DNA of 64,000 bases from a virus (Duplodnaviria; Caudoviricetes), in the IMG/VR virus record IMGVR_UViG_3300032007_000036, positions 1-64,000 of that record. One strand, 5' to 3'. Within the stretch, counting starts at the first letter, position 1. The number at the start of each line of letters is the position of its first letter. Under the pieces are notes generated by a model. That model saw only the letters and a list, made by a program, of their open reading frames with translations. It was not told where the DNA came from and made no database searches. This document shows, in pieces, positions 28,293 to 36,522 of the stretch. Position numbers and translations under genes: made by a program.

Positions 28293-31205
28293 ATGGGCGC
28301 AGTACAACCATATCCTCATATTGAGATGCATGTCAGAGACGAAAGCATCGCAACCATCCTCGAGATGGAAGTGATGCCGCTTGACAAGCCTCTCTACTTC
28401 ATGAGGACCCAGAAGGGACCCGTCGGTAAACCGGTGTGGTGCCCGACTTACACGTATGCACGTCTGATATTCGGCGCCGATACGTTCAACAAGCTCAGCA
28501 AGTACTGGAGCGAAAACTCCTACTTCCTGCTGAAGACTCTCACGATGAACGGTGCGTTCCTGATGCGCTGCTGTGAAGAGACCGCGGTCAATGCCCGTGC
28601 GTATGTTGAAGTCGGCTACAAGGAAACTGACGTTCCTCAGTGGCAGCGTAACAGCATCACTGGACTGTTCAACCTTAACCAGTTCGGAGCCAAGATCCCG
28701 ATCAACGCTAAGGGCGAAGAGTGCGGAATTCTCGATCACGACATCGTTCTCACGTACAACGAGTCGACGGATACGTCGATCGTGGTCGGCAAGCAGTACT
28801 ACTACCGCAAGTACGGCAAGTATATTTACACAGCATTCAAGGATGCAACTGCAAGCAGGAACCTGGTTCTCTGGAAGGGAATCGGCGACCCTGAGTTCCC
28901 TGTCAAGCTGCGTTCCGATGAGGTCACAGCCACTGACCGTGCCAAGGGTCATCTCTACGTTGAGACGTCCGAGAATGTTTGGGAGCCTGTCGAGGATGAC
29001 TCGGCTTCGCTAGCTACCGACAAGTATTACGCGTTCCCGGTGTACACTGGGTACGAGGCTGTTGTGTTCAACCAGGACGCCGAAATCGCTGAGATCGGTG
29101 TTTACTACACCCGCACTGCGGATCTGACGTCCGAGTACGAGTATCCGATTCTCGACGTCGTTCAGGCTGGCGACGCTGTCGCTTCGAATGGCGATATCAC
29201 CCGCACAACGACAACCGAATCGATGACTGCGGAGACTGAGTCTGCTCCTGTGGCTGGTCGTGAGTACTACACTGCTCCGGCTGAAGTCGGTGGTGAGTAC
29301 ACTCCCGTTGGTGAGCTTGAAGAGTTCACTGAGGGTGAGACCTACTACTACAAGGTCACGACGACCACGACTTCGTTCATTGGCAACTACGGCAACAGGC
29401 TGTATCTCGCTGGTGACAAGCTCGTCGCTGGTGTGGACATGGAGCCTCAGGCTACCATTCCTGGTCTCGAGCTCGTGTGGCGTGTTACGCTGCGCAACGC
29501 TGCAGATGAACGTGATGACGACGATCCTACCGAGGCCAACGGTTACATGTGGTATCCGGCTCTCACGATCACGGCGACCTCTCCTGGTGAATGGGGTAGC
29601 ACGTACGGCTTCAAGCTGTACTACGACAAGACCCAGAACACGATCGCTGGTGTCGAGAGCAACGGCGCTGTCACGTACAGCTTTGCTCCCGTCGAGTTGT
29701 TGGAGAACGACACGGTTCCGACCGCCATCGTCGATGCGTACGGCGAGCAGGTTGTCAACGGTACTGTCCGCACGGATGTTATCGACAAGACTACCGAGCT
29801 TCCGCTCAACATCGCCAACCTCATCCCGGCGCACTACTCTGGTTCCCGTGAGCTCCCTGTCAACATTTCCTGGTTCCCGCAGAACTTCGATACGGTTGGC
29901 AAGCTGATCATCAAGAAGGAACTCGCAGCCAAGGAAGCGGCCGCTGCTCTGTTCCCGGATCTCTTCAAGGAGACGGTGAATGGTGAGACGGTCATCACTC
30001 CCAAGGCGTTCATCGAGGACCTCCTCACGGATGTAGAGACGATCGATGCGGACGTTATCGATGCGACGGCGAACTGCGGTCACATGGCGAACATCGTGTC
30101 CTGCCGTGCTCCGAACAATGTCCCGTACTTTGCGTCGTATGTTCTCGGAACGTATGATGAGGCGAAGGAGGCCGCTAACACGACTCCTGACGTCGTTGAC
30201 ATGAACAGCGATTCCGCGTTCTTCCTCAAGGGTGGCGTGGATGGTCCGATTGACGATGCTGATATCGAGAGGTACACGCGTCGTTACATCGATGCCGCGA
30301 TTGCTGGTACTCATGACTACCTCATCGACTACCTCCGTTGCCCGTACAACAACATCATCGATACCGGTGTTTCGCTTCCCACGAAGCGGAAGTTCCTGGA
30401 CTTCATGGGCGTCCGTGACAACCTCACGGTGTTCCTTACTCCTCAGCAGATCTGGAAGAATGTGGATGGTACTCGTCCGAAACAGCTCTCCAGGTTCGAG
30501 GATGAGTCCATCGGTGCTGCTCTCCGTTCGTACGGTCTTCTCATGCGTGAGGATATCGAGAACTCGACCGAGGCTAACCGTGCGGTCATCTTCTTGGCGC
30601 AGGGTCTCTGCACAGATCACGACTGGAACAACGGGCTCGTTGCTTCCACGCTCTGGATCGCCCTCAAGAATGCGCAGTACCTCAGCGGTACGTACATCAA
30701 GGCGGAGCCGGTCGAGAGGCCGAACTCTGAGATCGACTGCTACGACAAGGGTCTGACCTGGACGGCTGCGTCCGAGGAAACTCGCTCTCGCTGCTGGAAT
30801 GCTGGTCTGAACTACGCGCAGTACTTCGATATGAACGGTATCCACTACGCGTCGGTCCGTTCGATCTACAAGTACGACACGTCGGTGCTTTGTGATCTCG
30901 GCACGGTTCGTGCTGTCACGTTCTGTAAGGATATCATCCGCTCGGAATGGACGGTGTGGGCTGGTTCGAAGCGTAAGGCTGATGACCTCAACGCACGTAT
31001 CCAGAAGAAACTCAACGATCGTCTCGCGGCTATGCTCAACGGCAAGTACACGGCGTCGGTCCGCGTGTATCAGACGGATATGGACAAGAAGTACGGTTAC
31101 GTCCGCCATGTCGACCTCGAACTCGAGTCGCCGGCGCAGAACCGTGTGTGGTTGGCGACCATCATCTGCAAGCGCGAAGGTTTCGACCCGAACGCTGAGG
31201 ACTAA
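28293..31205 (+). CDS. Contractile tail sheath protein (phiKZ gp29-like) with a large insertion
   Basis: N-terminal DES..P..KPLYFMRTQKGP..IFGADTF, FLKGGVDG, IDTG, and a sheath-type C-terminus; followed by the tube gene. Confidence 0.9.
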   Translation: MGAVQPYPHIEMHVRDESIATILEMEVMPLDKPLYFMRTQKGPVGKPVWCPTYTYARLIFGADTFNKLSKYWSENSYFLLKTLTMNGAFLMRCCEETAVNARAYVEVGYKETDVPQWQRNSITGLFNLNQFGAKIPINAKGEECGILDHDIVLTYNESTDTSIVVGKQYYYRKYGKYIYTAFKDATASRNLVLWKGIGDPEFPVKLRSDEVTATDRAKGHLYVETSENVWEPVEDDSASLATDKYYAFPVYTGYEAVVFNQDAEIAEIGVYYTRTADLTSEYEYPILDVVQAGDAVASNGDITRTTTTESMTAETESAPVAGREYYTAPAEVGGEYTPVGELEEFTEGETYYYKVTTTTTSFIGNYGNRLYLAGDKLVAGVDMEPQATIPGLELVWRVTLRNAADERDDDDPTEANGYMWYPALTITATSPGEWGSTYGFKLYYDKTQNTIAGVESNGAVTYSFAPVELLENDTVPTAIVDAYGEQVVNGTVRTDVIDKTTELPLNIANLIPAHYSGSRELPVNISWFPQNFDTVGKLIIKKELAAKEAAAALFPDLFKETVNGETVITPKAFIEDLLTDVETIDADVIDATANCGHMANIVSCRAPNNVPYFASYVLGTYDEAKEAANTTPDVVDMNSDSAFFLKGGVDGPIDDADIERYTRRYIDAAIAGTHDYLIDYLRCPYNNIIDTGVSLPTKRKFLDFMGVRDNLTVFLTPQQIWKNVDGTRPKQLSRFEDESIGAALRSYGLLMREDIENSTEANRAVIFLAQGLCTDHDWNNGLVASTLWIALKNAQYLSGTYIKAEPVERPNSEIDCYDKGLTWTAASEETRSRCWNAGLNYAQYFDMNGIHYASVRSIYKYDTSVLCDLGTVRAVTFCKDIIRSEWTVWAGSKRKADDLNARIQKKLNDRLAAMLNGKYTASVRVYQTDMDKKYGYVRHVDLELESPAQNRVWLATIICKREGFDPNAED

Positions 31206-31235
31206 TCTGAGAAGAGAAAGGATGGTTAGTTAACT

Positions 31236-32147
31236 ATGCAAAACTTTAACAAAGCAGAAAACCTGGCGCTCTCGAACGGGCCCAGTCTCGTTGGCAGTAT
31301 GGAGCAGGTCGGCCAGCTCGGCCTCGGCATCAAGCCCGGTGCACTTGACGGTGCTACCCCGCTGGTGCTTCCTCCTGCTGTCGTTTACGTCACGCATCTT
31401 CCCTCCATGTGGAACAACCCGCGTGACGGAGCGCTCGCTCGTGTTGTGAAGTCTCTCTTCGAGACCCACGCGAAGAGCGTTTCTGGCGTCGAGATCGGTT
31501 ACACGATGGAGTACGGTCAGCAGCCCGTCGGACACGACGGACAGCAGATGGATGCTCCCACCGTGTCGAAGCGTACGGCTGTCCAGCCCTCGTTCACTTA
31601 TCCTGAAGTCACCGGTAACCTCTGTTTCCGTTGTCATCAGCAGTGGATTTGGGATATGGCTGATCCGGACACGCAGATTTCGTTCGCGAGGTTGGATGCG
31701 AACCAGATTCCTCCGTACACCATGTCGGCCTACTCGGCGAGCCTTATCGTCCTGCAGTTCGACCAGACGTACGCTGCTCACCGTTTGCTCGGTGCGCTCT
31801 ATGTCTGCAACGTGATGCCTCAGGGAACTGGTGAGTTCGGCGTGAAGCGTGAAATCGGTCAGGCCAACGTTGTTGACCGTGCCATCACGTACACGGGTCT
31901 CGGTATCGAGAACGCGAACATCTACAACCTCGGCAAGACGATTGCTGCTGGTCTGGCTCTCCGCCAGGGCACGTACCTCAATCCTACTGATCCGTATGGT
32001 GACGGACTCGGTGAACCTGACATGTACACGGACAACGGATTCCATGGAGACTCCTTCTCCGGATTCGCCCGTGCACCCGGTAACGCTTGGGCTGGCAAGT
32101 CTGGTCCTAGTACCATCTCCGGAGCAGACGGCACTGAGAACGTCTAA
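31236..32147 (+). CDS. Tail tube protein (phiKZ gp30-like)
   Basis: Directly after the sheath; KSLFETH, QQWI..MADPDTQ, YSAS and CNVMP motifs. Confidence 0.85.
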   Translation: MQNFNKAENLALSNGPSLVGSMEQVGQLGLGIKPGALDGATPLVLPPAVVYVTHLPSMWNNPRDGALARVVKSLFETHAKSVSGVEIGYTMEYGQQPVGHDGQQMDAPTVSKRTAVQPSFTYPEVTGNLCFRCHQQWIWDMADPDTQISFARLDANQIPPYTMSAYSASLIVLQFDQTYAAHRLLGALYVCNVMPQGTGEFGVKREIGQANVVDRAITYTGLGIENANIYNLGKTIAAGLALRQGTYLNPTDPYGDGLGEPDMYTDNGFHGDSFSGFARAPGNAWAGKSGPSTISGADGTENV

Positions 32148-32170
32148 TACGATGACCGTATCCAGTCGGA

Positions 32171-32222
32171 ACCTGAGTCCATCCCTTGCGGATGGACTCA
32201 GGTCCTTCTTCTTTTTTCTTTT
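32171..32222 (+). terminator. Intrinsic terminator
   Basis: ACCTGAGTCCATCC/GGATGGACTCAGGT stem plus a long U-rich tail. Confidence 0.85.
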
Positions 32223-32244
32223 GTCTTGTGGTTGTTCGACGACA

Positions 32245-32252
32245 ATCCTATG
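32245..32252 (+). promoter_or_regulatory. Late-type promoter motif (ATCCTATG)
   Basis: TATG core about 30 nt before the start at 32280. Confidence 0.5.
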
Positions 32253-32279
32253 ATTTAATTAAAAAGAAAGGTTTACACA

Positions 32280-32975
32280 ATGTTCAAGTGTGATTCCCTT
32301 ATCCTCGACAATCCTCAGTACAATCCCGCACAGGAAGGATTGTGGGACAGTATAGTCTACTTCTTCACCACGGACAAATCAATTTCCGAGAAAATAGGAA
32401 ATATGCTTTACCAGATGAGCAAGATGGACGATGATGAAAAGAGAGCAATTGAATCTACCCACATCGATTACAAGATGGCTTCTTGCTCTGACTTGAAGAA
32501 AGTTATGTCATTCTCTGGTTCTGCAGTTGACTTCGTCATGGCTAAATGTCAGAAGTATGAAGGTAAGTCATACGCTCTTCTCGAAGACGATCGTCAACAG
32601 ATGCAGGAAGAGATTGAGGGTGAAGTGAGTTCGTTCAAAGCTTCTCATGACTTTACTGCTATTGGTGACATCGTCAAGAACGTGAATGCTCAGGAAAACA
32701 AGACTTACGCTACTCTCGGATACACCTTCAACAATCTGTACGATGTTGCCAAGCAGTTCAAGGATGCTCAGTCCGGAAGGCTTGCTCGTATGAAGAAGAT
32801 GAAGTTCATCTCCAACGTACTTGGGTTCAAACCTAAGGATGGAGCGCTCAAAGTTGTTCACGCTGCATCCATCGACATGGCGAATGTTCTCAACTTCGCT
32901 ATGACCTGTTACAAGTACACGGACAAGTTCTTGTTCATGACTTACAGAGAACTCGAAAGACAAAAATTAATTTGA
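32280..32975 (+). CDS. Putative internal head protein with a short propeptide
   Basis: N-terminal PAQE-GLW matches the (S/A/G)-X-E cleavage pattern. Confidence 0.55.
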   Translation: MFKCDSLILDNPQYNPAQEGLWDSIVYFFTTDKSISEKIGNMLYQMSKMDDDEKRAIESTHIDYKMASCSDLKKVMSFSGSAVDFVMAKCQKYEGKSYALLEDDRQQMQEEIEGEVSSFKASHDFTAIGDIVKNVNAQENKTYATLGYTFNNLYDVAKQFKDAQSGRLARMKKMKFISNVLGFKPKDGALKVVHAASIDMANVLNFAMTCYKYTDKFLFMTYRELERQKLI

Positions 32976-32989
32976 TCTGTTGTATCCCA

Positions 32990-33024
32990 CCGTAGGGTGA
33001 TGGCAAGAAGCCATCACCCTACGG
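32990..33024. terminator. Bidirectional terminator
   Basis: CCGTAGGGTGATGGC/GCCATCACCCTACGG stem between convergent genes. Confidence 0.8.
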
Positions 33025-33034
33025 CAGGTATTTT

Positions 33035-33268
33035 TTATCGCTTGATCAGCCACCCGTCTTCTGGACGGCCTCCTGTGAACGACACCAGCTGGTACTCGTG
33101 GAACCGAGAAGCTAACTTGGCAACTGGGCCAGGTACTTCATCGGCATCCATGGAATACGCAATCCTGTCTTCGTTGATTTCCATTGTCATCGGCTCTAGT
33201 TTTGACCTAGAGTCGTTAACCATGGAATTCAATGCTGACGGGATATGGATCCCTAGCACAGTGGTCAT
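33035..33268 (-). CDS. Small hypothetical protein
   Basis: ATGA overlap with the upstream gene. Confidence 0.6.
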   Translation of the reverse strand: MTTVLGIHIPSALNSMVNDSRSKLEPMTMEINEDRIAYSMDADEVPGPVAKLASRFHEYQLVSFTGGRPEDGWLIKR

Positions 33269-33741
33269 TGTATCCTCACCCTCTCGTAATGTCCGGGTTG
33301 GCGGACATACGAAACCGAACCATCGGGATTAGTCACCGGTACGAGCTGACCAGGAACCCAGACTTGCTGGTATGCCTCAACAGGACGAACCACTGTATCC
33401 AGTGGATAGTACGTGTAAGGCGCAGCTGTCACAGCAGCCGGAGCTACAACCGTTGTCGTGGCAGGAACCACGGTGGTAGCAGGTACAACCGCAGGAGCAG
33501 CAACTACGGTAGTTCCACCGTAACAGTACCCTCCGACCATACTGCCCACAACTCCACCGGCGAACGCCGGCCAGAAGTTGCGACCTCCGCGCCCCCACCA
33601 TGAACCGTGGTGATGATGGTGGTAGCCACCGTGATGCATGGGAGGACCAGGACGGAATCCACCGTGAGGCCCTCCATGAGGACGGGCGAAAGCGGTGACA
33701 GCCGCGATAGCGACTACAGCGAGAATCATTATCTTCTTCAT
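33265..33741 (-). CDS. Exported His/Gly/Pro-rich protein
   Basis: Signal peptide MKKIMILAVVAIAAVTAFA, His6 tract, repeated TTVVPA, WVPG motif. Confidence 0.75.
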   Translation of the reverse strand: MKKIMILAVVAIAAVTAFARPHGGPHGGFRPGPPMHHGGYHHHHHGSWWGRGGRNFWPAFAGGVVGSMVGGYCYGGTTVVAAPAVVPATTVVPATTTVVAPAAVTAAPYTYYPLDTVVRPVEAYQQVWVPGQLVPVTNPDGSVSYVRQPGHYERVRIQ

Positions 33742-33783
33742 TGTTTGTTTCCTTTCATGAGTTTAGTATTGGTTACTATTCTC

Positions 33784-33798
33784 GTAATATATAAGCGA
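33784..33798 (-). promoter_or_regulatory. Early-type promoter (TCGCTTATATATTAC)
   Basis: Exact TATATTAC upstream of 33741. Confidence 0.72.
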
Positions 33799-33830
33799 CG
33801 AGTATTCATGTCCATACAAAAAGAACAGAA

Positions 33831-33865
33831 GGTAAGCAGGGTAGGATTGCCCCACCCTGCTTACC
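33831..33865 (-). terminator. Intrinsic terminator
   Basis: GGTAAGCAGGGT/ACCCTGCTTACC stem plus U-rich tail after the portal gene. Confidence 0.75.
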
Positions 33866-33878
33866 AACCGTAGACACC

Positions 33879-36476
33879 TTACATAGGTTCTTCTTCCTCT
33901 TCACCAGTCTCCTCAGGATTAGGGTTCTCTGCGGATGTCGGAATATCTCCTTTAACGAGATGTCCGATGTTCGCAATCCTCCTCTTGAGGTTCTGCAGGT
34001 ACAGGAAGATTCCCTTAGCATAGTCAGCATCAATCGCCGTAGGTTCAGGTATGTCAGCGATTGCCTGTACACCAAGCTTGGGAAGGAACTCACGAAGGAG
34101 TTTGGACGTGATCGTCGCTCTGATAACAGGCATGCTGCCCTTAAGCTCATCATCAATGACAATGTCATCAGAGTAGATGATAGTCACGAGTTTCTCAATC
34201 ATCTCGGCGAACGACTGGATCTCCTCGAAGTGAGCCTTCTTAGCAGCCATCTGCGGAGGAGGCAGATCTACTTCAAGAGACCTGATGACGTCGTTAACCT
34301 GACGCTGTAGCGCCTCGTTCTCAACATCCTCAGTCGTGTTCTCATCGAGGTTCTCAGGTTCACCGTCCTTATCCTTACGGATAGTTGTCCTGATGAGGTT
34401 AAGGAGTTTGGTGTTGGAACTGATATACAGCGAGATGAACTTCTTGTTCGTGGGTTTAATGGCAAGCTGCCAACCTGCAATCGTGTTAGCGAAGTACATG
34501 TTGGTTGTGGCCACAGACCTAGAGAACTCGTTCTCACTTAGCTGATTGAGCACAGATGCCGGTAGACCACCGAGACCCATACCGATCCAGTTGTTCAGCT
34601 TATCCAGGAGGTCAGTGTCAGGAGACTGTGCATTGCCATACACCTTCTCGTAGTTTACGGAAAGGTTGTCTGTAGTACCAGCCATCGACTTAGGAACAAC
34701 TTGAATGTTCCTGTTGACCATGGATTCAGCTGCAGTCTGCACCTCAGTAGAGAACGAAGGTGCATACTTGGACAATGCCTGACGAACAACTGCTTGTATC
34801 GTCTGGATAGGGTTGTTCTCTTTGTCGTCGATATCGACTTCGATCTTCCTACGTACAGTAGCATTCTCAACAGCAGCCATAAGGCGTGCTGTAACTAGCG
34901 TTGTACGAAGGGCAAGCATCTGAGCAACATCCTCAAGGAACGTCTTGCCTGTTCCATTCTCACGATGGTCGAAGCAGTAGTAGACCATCATTGGTTCCGG
35001 AACGAAGATCATAGTGATCCTGTTGTTGGCAAGGAGGTTGGAGAACAGAGCTTTACCAACAGCATTATGCATGTTGATGTCAAGTCCAGTCAAACCATCC
35101 TTGCTGAGACGGGATTCGAGAAGCTTATTAACTGCAACAGTGAAGACTTCTGTCATCTGCTGCAACATGAACTCAGGATTAGACGTCAGTTCGGAGAAAG
35201 AAGTAAGGGTAGCGTTACCGTACACTGCCTTGGCTGCTGACATTGCGAGTCTGTTGGTGACGTCAGTTGATCCTGTTTTGAAGAAGTTGTTTCTTCCTCT
35301 GATAGGTTGTCCGTTTTCATCGACAAGTACAAAGTATCCGATGTGGTTCTTGTTGTCTCCAGGAGCACATACAGGAATGACAGAATCAGAAGGGAGCTCC
35401 AGTACGATAGGAAGATCATCCTCACCTACCTTGATGTTGTCAGAGATTGTCAAACATCTAACAGGAGTCGTCTGGAATCCACCAGACCTCTCAGGATCAA
35501 AGCCAGTAATCTGGGCTTTAGCATCCTTCAGGAGATCCTTCAGTTTGTCTGAGTTGTTCAAGTAGCCCTTGGAAATGTGCGACAAATCTCGGGTAACGAT
35601 GACAGATCCATCATCGTGCTGCTTGAGGAGTTTGAACGTTCCGTTAACCAACTGCTTGACTAGATCTTGCTTGGAGGAAATCGTAACCGTCTTGTTGGAC
35701 TCAGTAGAACCGTCGGTGTACTTGTGGGTTTCGAACCACTTGTCTGCACCGAGACTCTCGAGAGAGGATTCCAACTCAGCTTCAAGACGTTCAGCAATAA
35801 GGTTACGCTTGTCCTTAGGAGGTTCAATGTACAGAGCCTCAGTACTAGAGACGATGCTGTCACGAGACTGCCTCAGATCCTCGTGTGCTGCAAGCACATC
35901 TGCAACTGCATTCTGAACATCGAGCTCGTGTTTAGGAAGAATGAGCATAGCCCTAGCACCTTCCTCGAAGCCTGCAGTAGCAAGCCAGGCATACAGACGC
36001 TGAGCCAGATGGAACTCATTGTTGAAGAAGTTGTTGAGCTTCTCCAGAAGGTCACTCTTGATCTCAGGAGCAAGACCTTCGTAGTTCATCGTGATGTTGA
36101 TCTTGTTAGTCTGCAGATCCTGAGGAGACATGATCGTCGAAACGATAACACGCTTCGACATCTTGATCTCAGGTGCAACTATCGTGAGGTTCTTGAGCTC
36201 TTCGATCTTGGTGTGCGTGTCGTCAGCGACTGACTCAAGATACGAACCAACCGAAGCTTCTGTAGGGACAGTCTTCTTAGGCGGTTTACCTGTCACTACA
36301 GGCGAAATACCAGCCATGTGGCGAAGCTCGTCAGTCGAGAAAACTCCGTAAGTGGTGGAGTCTGCCGGGGTCTTAGTACCCACATCCTGAATCTCAGAAG
36401 AACTCACGATGCCGAGTATTCTAAGGAACCTGGCAAGAGACCTCTTACGAGGTTTATTTTCATCACTATTTGCCAT
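33879..36476 (-). CDS. Probable portal protein (phiKZ gp129-like)
   Basis: LPSDSVIPVCAPG...HIGYFVLVDENGQP motif; size and divergent arrangement with the gp128/gp127-like genes. Confidence 0.75.
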   Translation of the reverse strand: MANSDENKPRKRSLARFLRILGIVSSSEIQDVGTKTPADSTTYGVFSTDELRHMAGISPVVTGKPPKKTVPTEASVGSYLESVADDTHTKIEELKNLTIVAPEIKMSKRVIVSTIMSPQDLQTNKINITMNYEGLAPEIKSDLLEKLNNFFNNEFHLAQRLYAWLATAGFEEGARAMLILPKHELDVQNAVADVLAAHEDLRQSRDSIVSSTEALYIEPPKDKRNLIAERLEAELESSLESLGADKWFETHKYTDGSTESNKTVTISSKQDLVKQLVNGTFKLLKQHDDGSVIVTRDLSHISKGYLNNSDKLKDLLKDAKAQITGFDPERSGGFQTTPVRCLTISDNIKVGEDDLPIVLELPSDSVIPVCAPGDNKNHIGYFVLVDENGQPIRGRNNFFKTGSTDVTNRLAMSAAKAVYGNATLTSFSELTSNPEFMLQQMTEVFTVAVNKLLESRLSKDGLTGLDINMHNAVGKALFSNLLANNRITMIFVPEPMMVYYCFDHRENGTGKTFLEDVAQMLALRTTLVTARLMAAVENATVRRKIEVDIDDKENNPIQTIQAVVRQALSKYAPSFSTEVQTAAESMVNRNIQVVPKSMAGTTDNLSVNYEKVYGNAQSPDTDLLDKLNNWIGMGLGGLPASVLNQLSENEFSRSVATTNMYFANTIAGWQLAIKPTNKKFISLYISSNTKLLNLIRTTIRKDKDGEPENLDENTTEDVENEALQRQVNDVIRSLEVDLPPPQMAAKKAHFEEIQSFAEMIEKLVTIIYSDDIVIDDELKGSMPVIRATITSKLLREFLPKLGVQAIADIPEPTAIDADYAKGIFLYLQNLKRRIANIGHLVKGDIPTSAENPNPEETGEEEEEPM

Positions 36477-36522
36477 GATATGTCCTTAAATTTTTAGGCC
36501 AAATTCTACAGGAGGAAAGCAT

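Noticed and set aside
29010-31109. 699-aa antisense ORF inside the sheath gene (also 28278-28952 and 31230-32045)
   Set aside because: Shadow frames caused by the codon bias of the sheath and tube genes; no RBS and no protein motifs.
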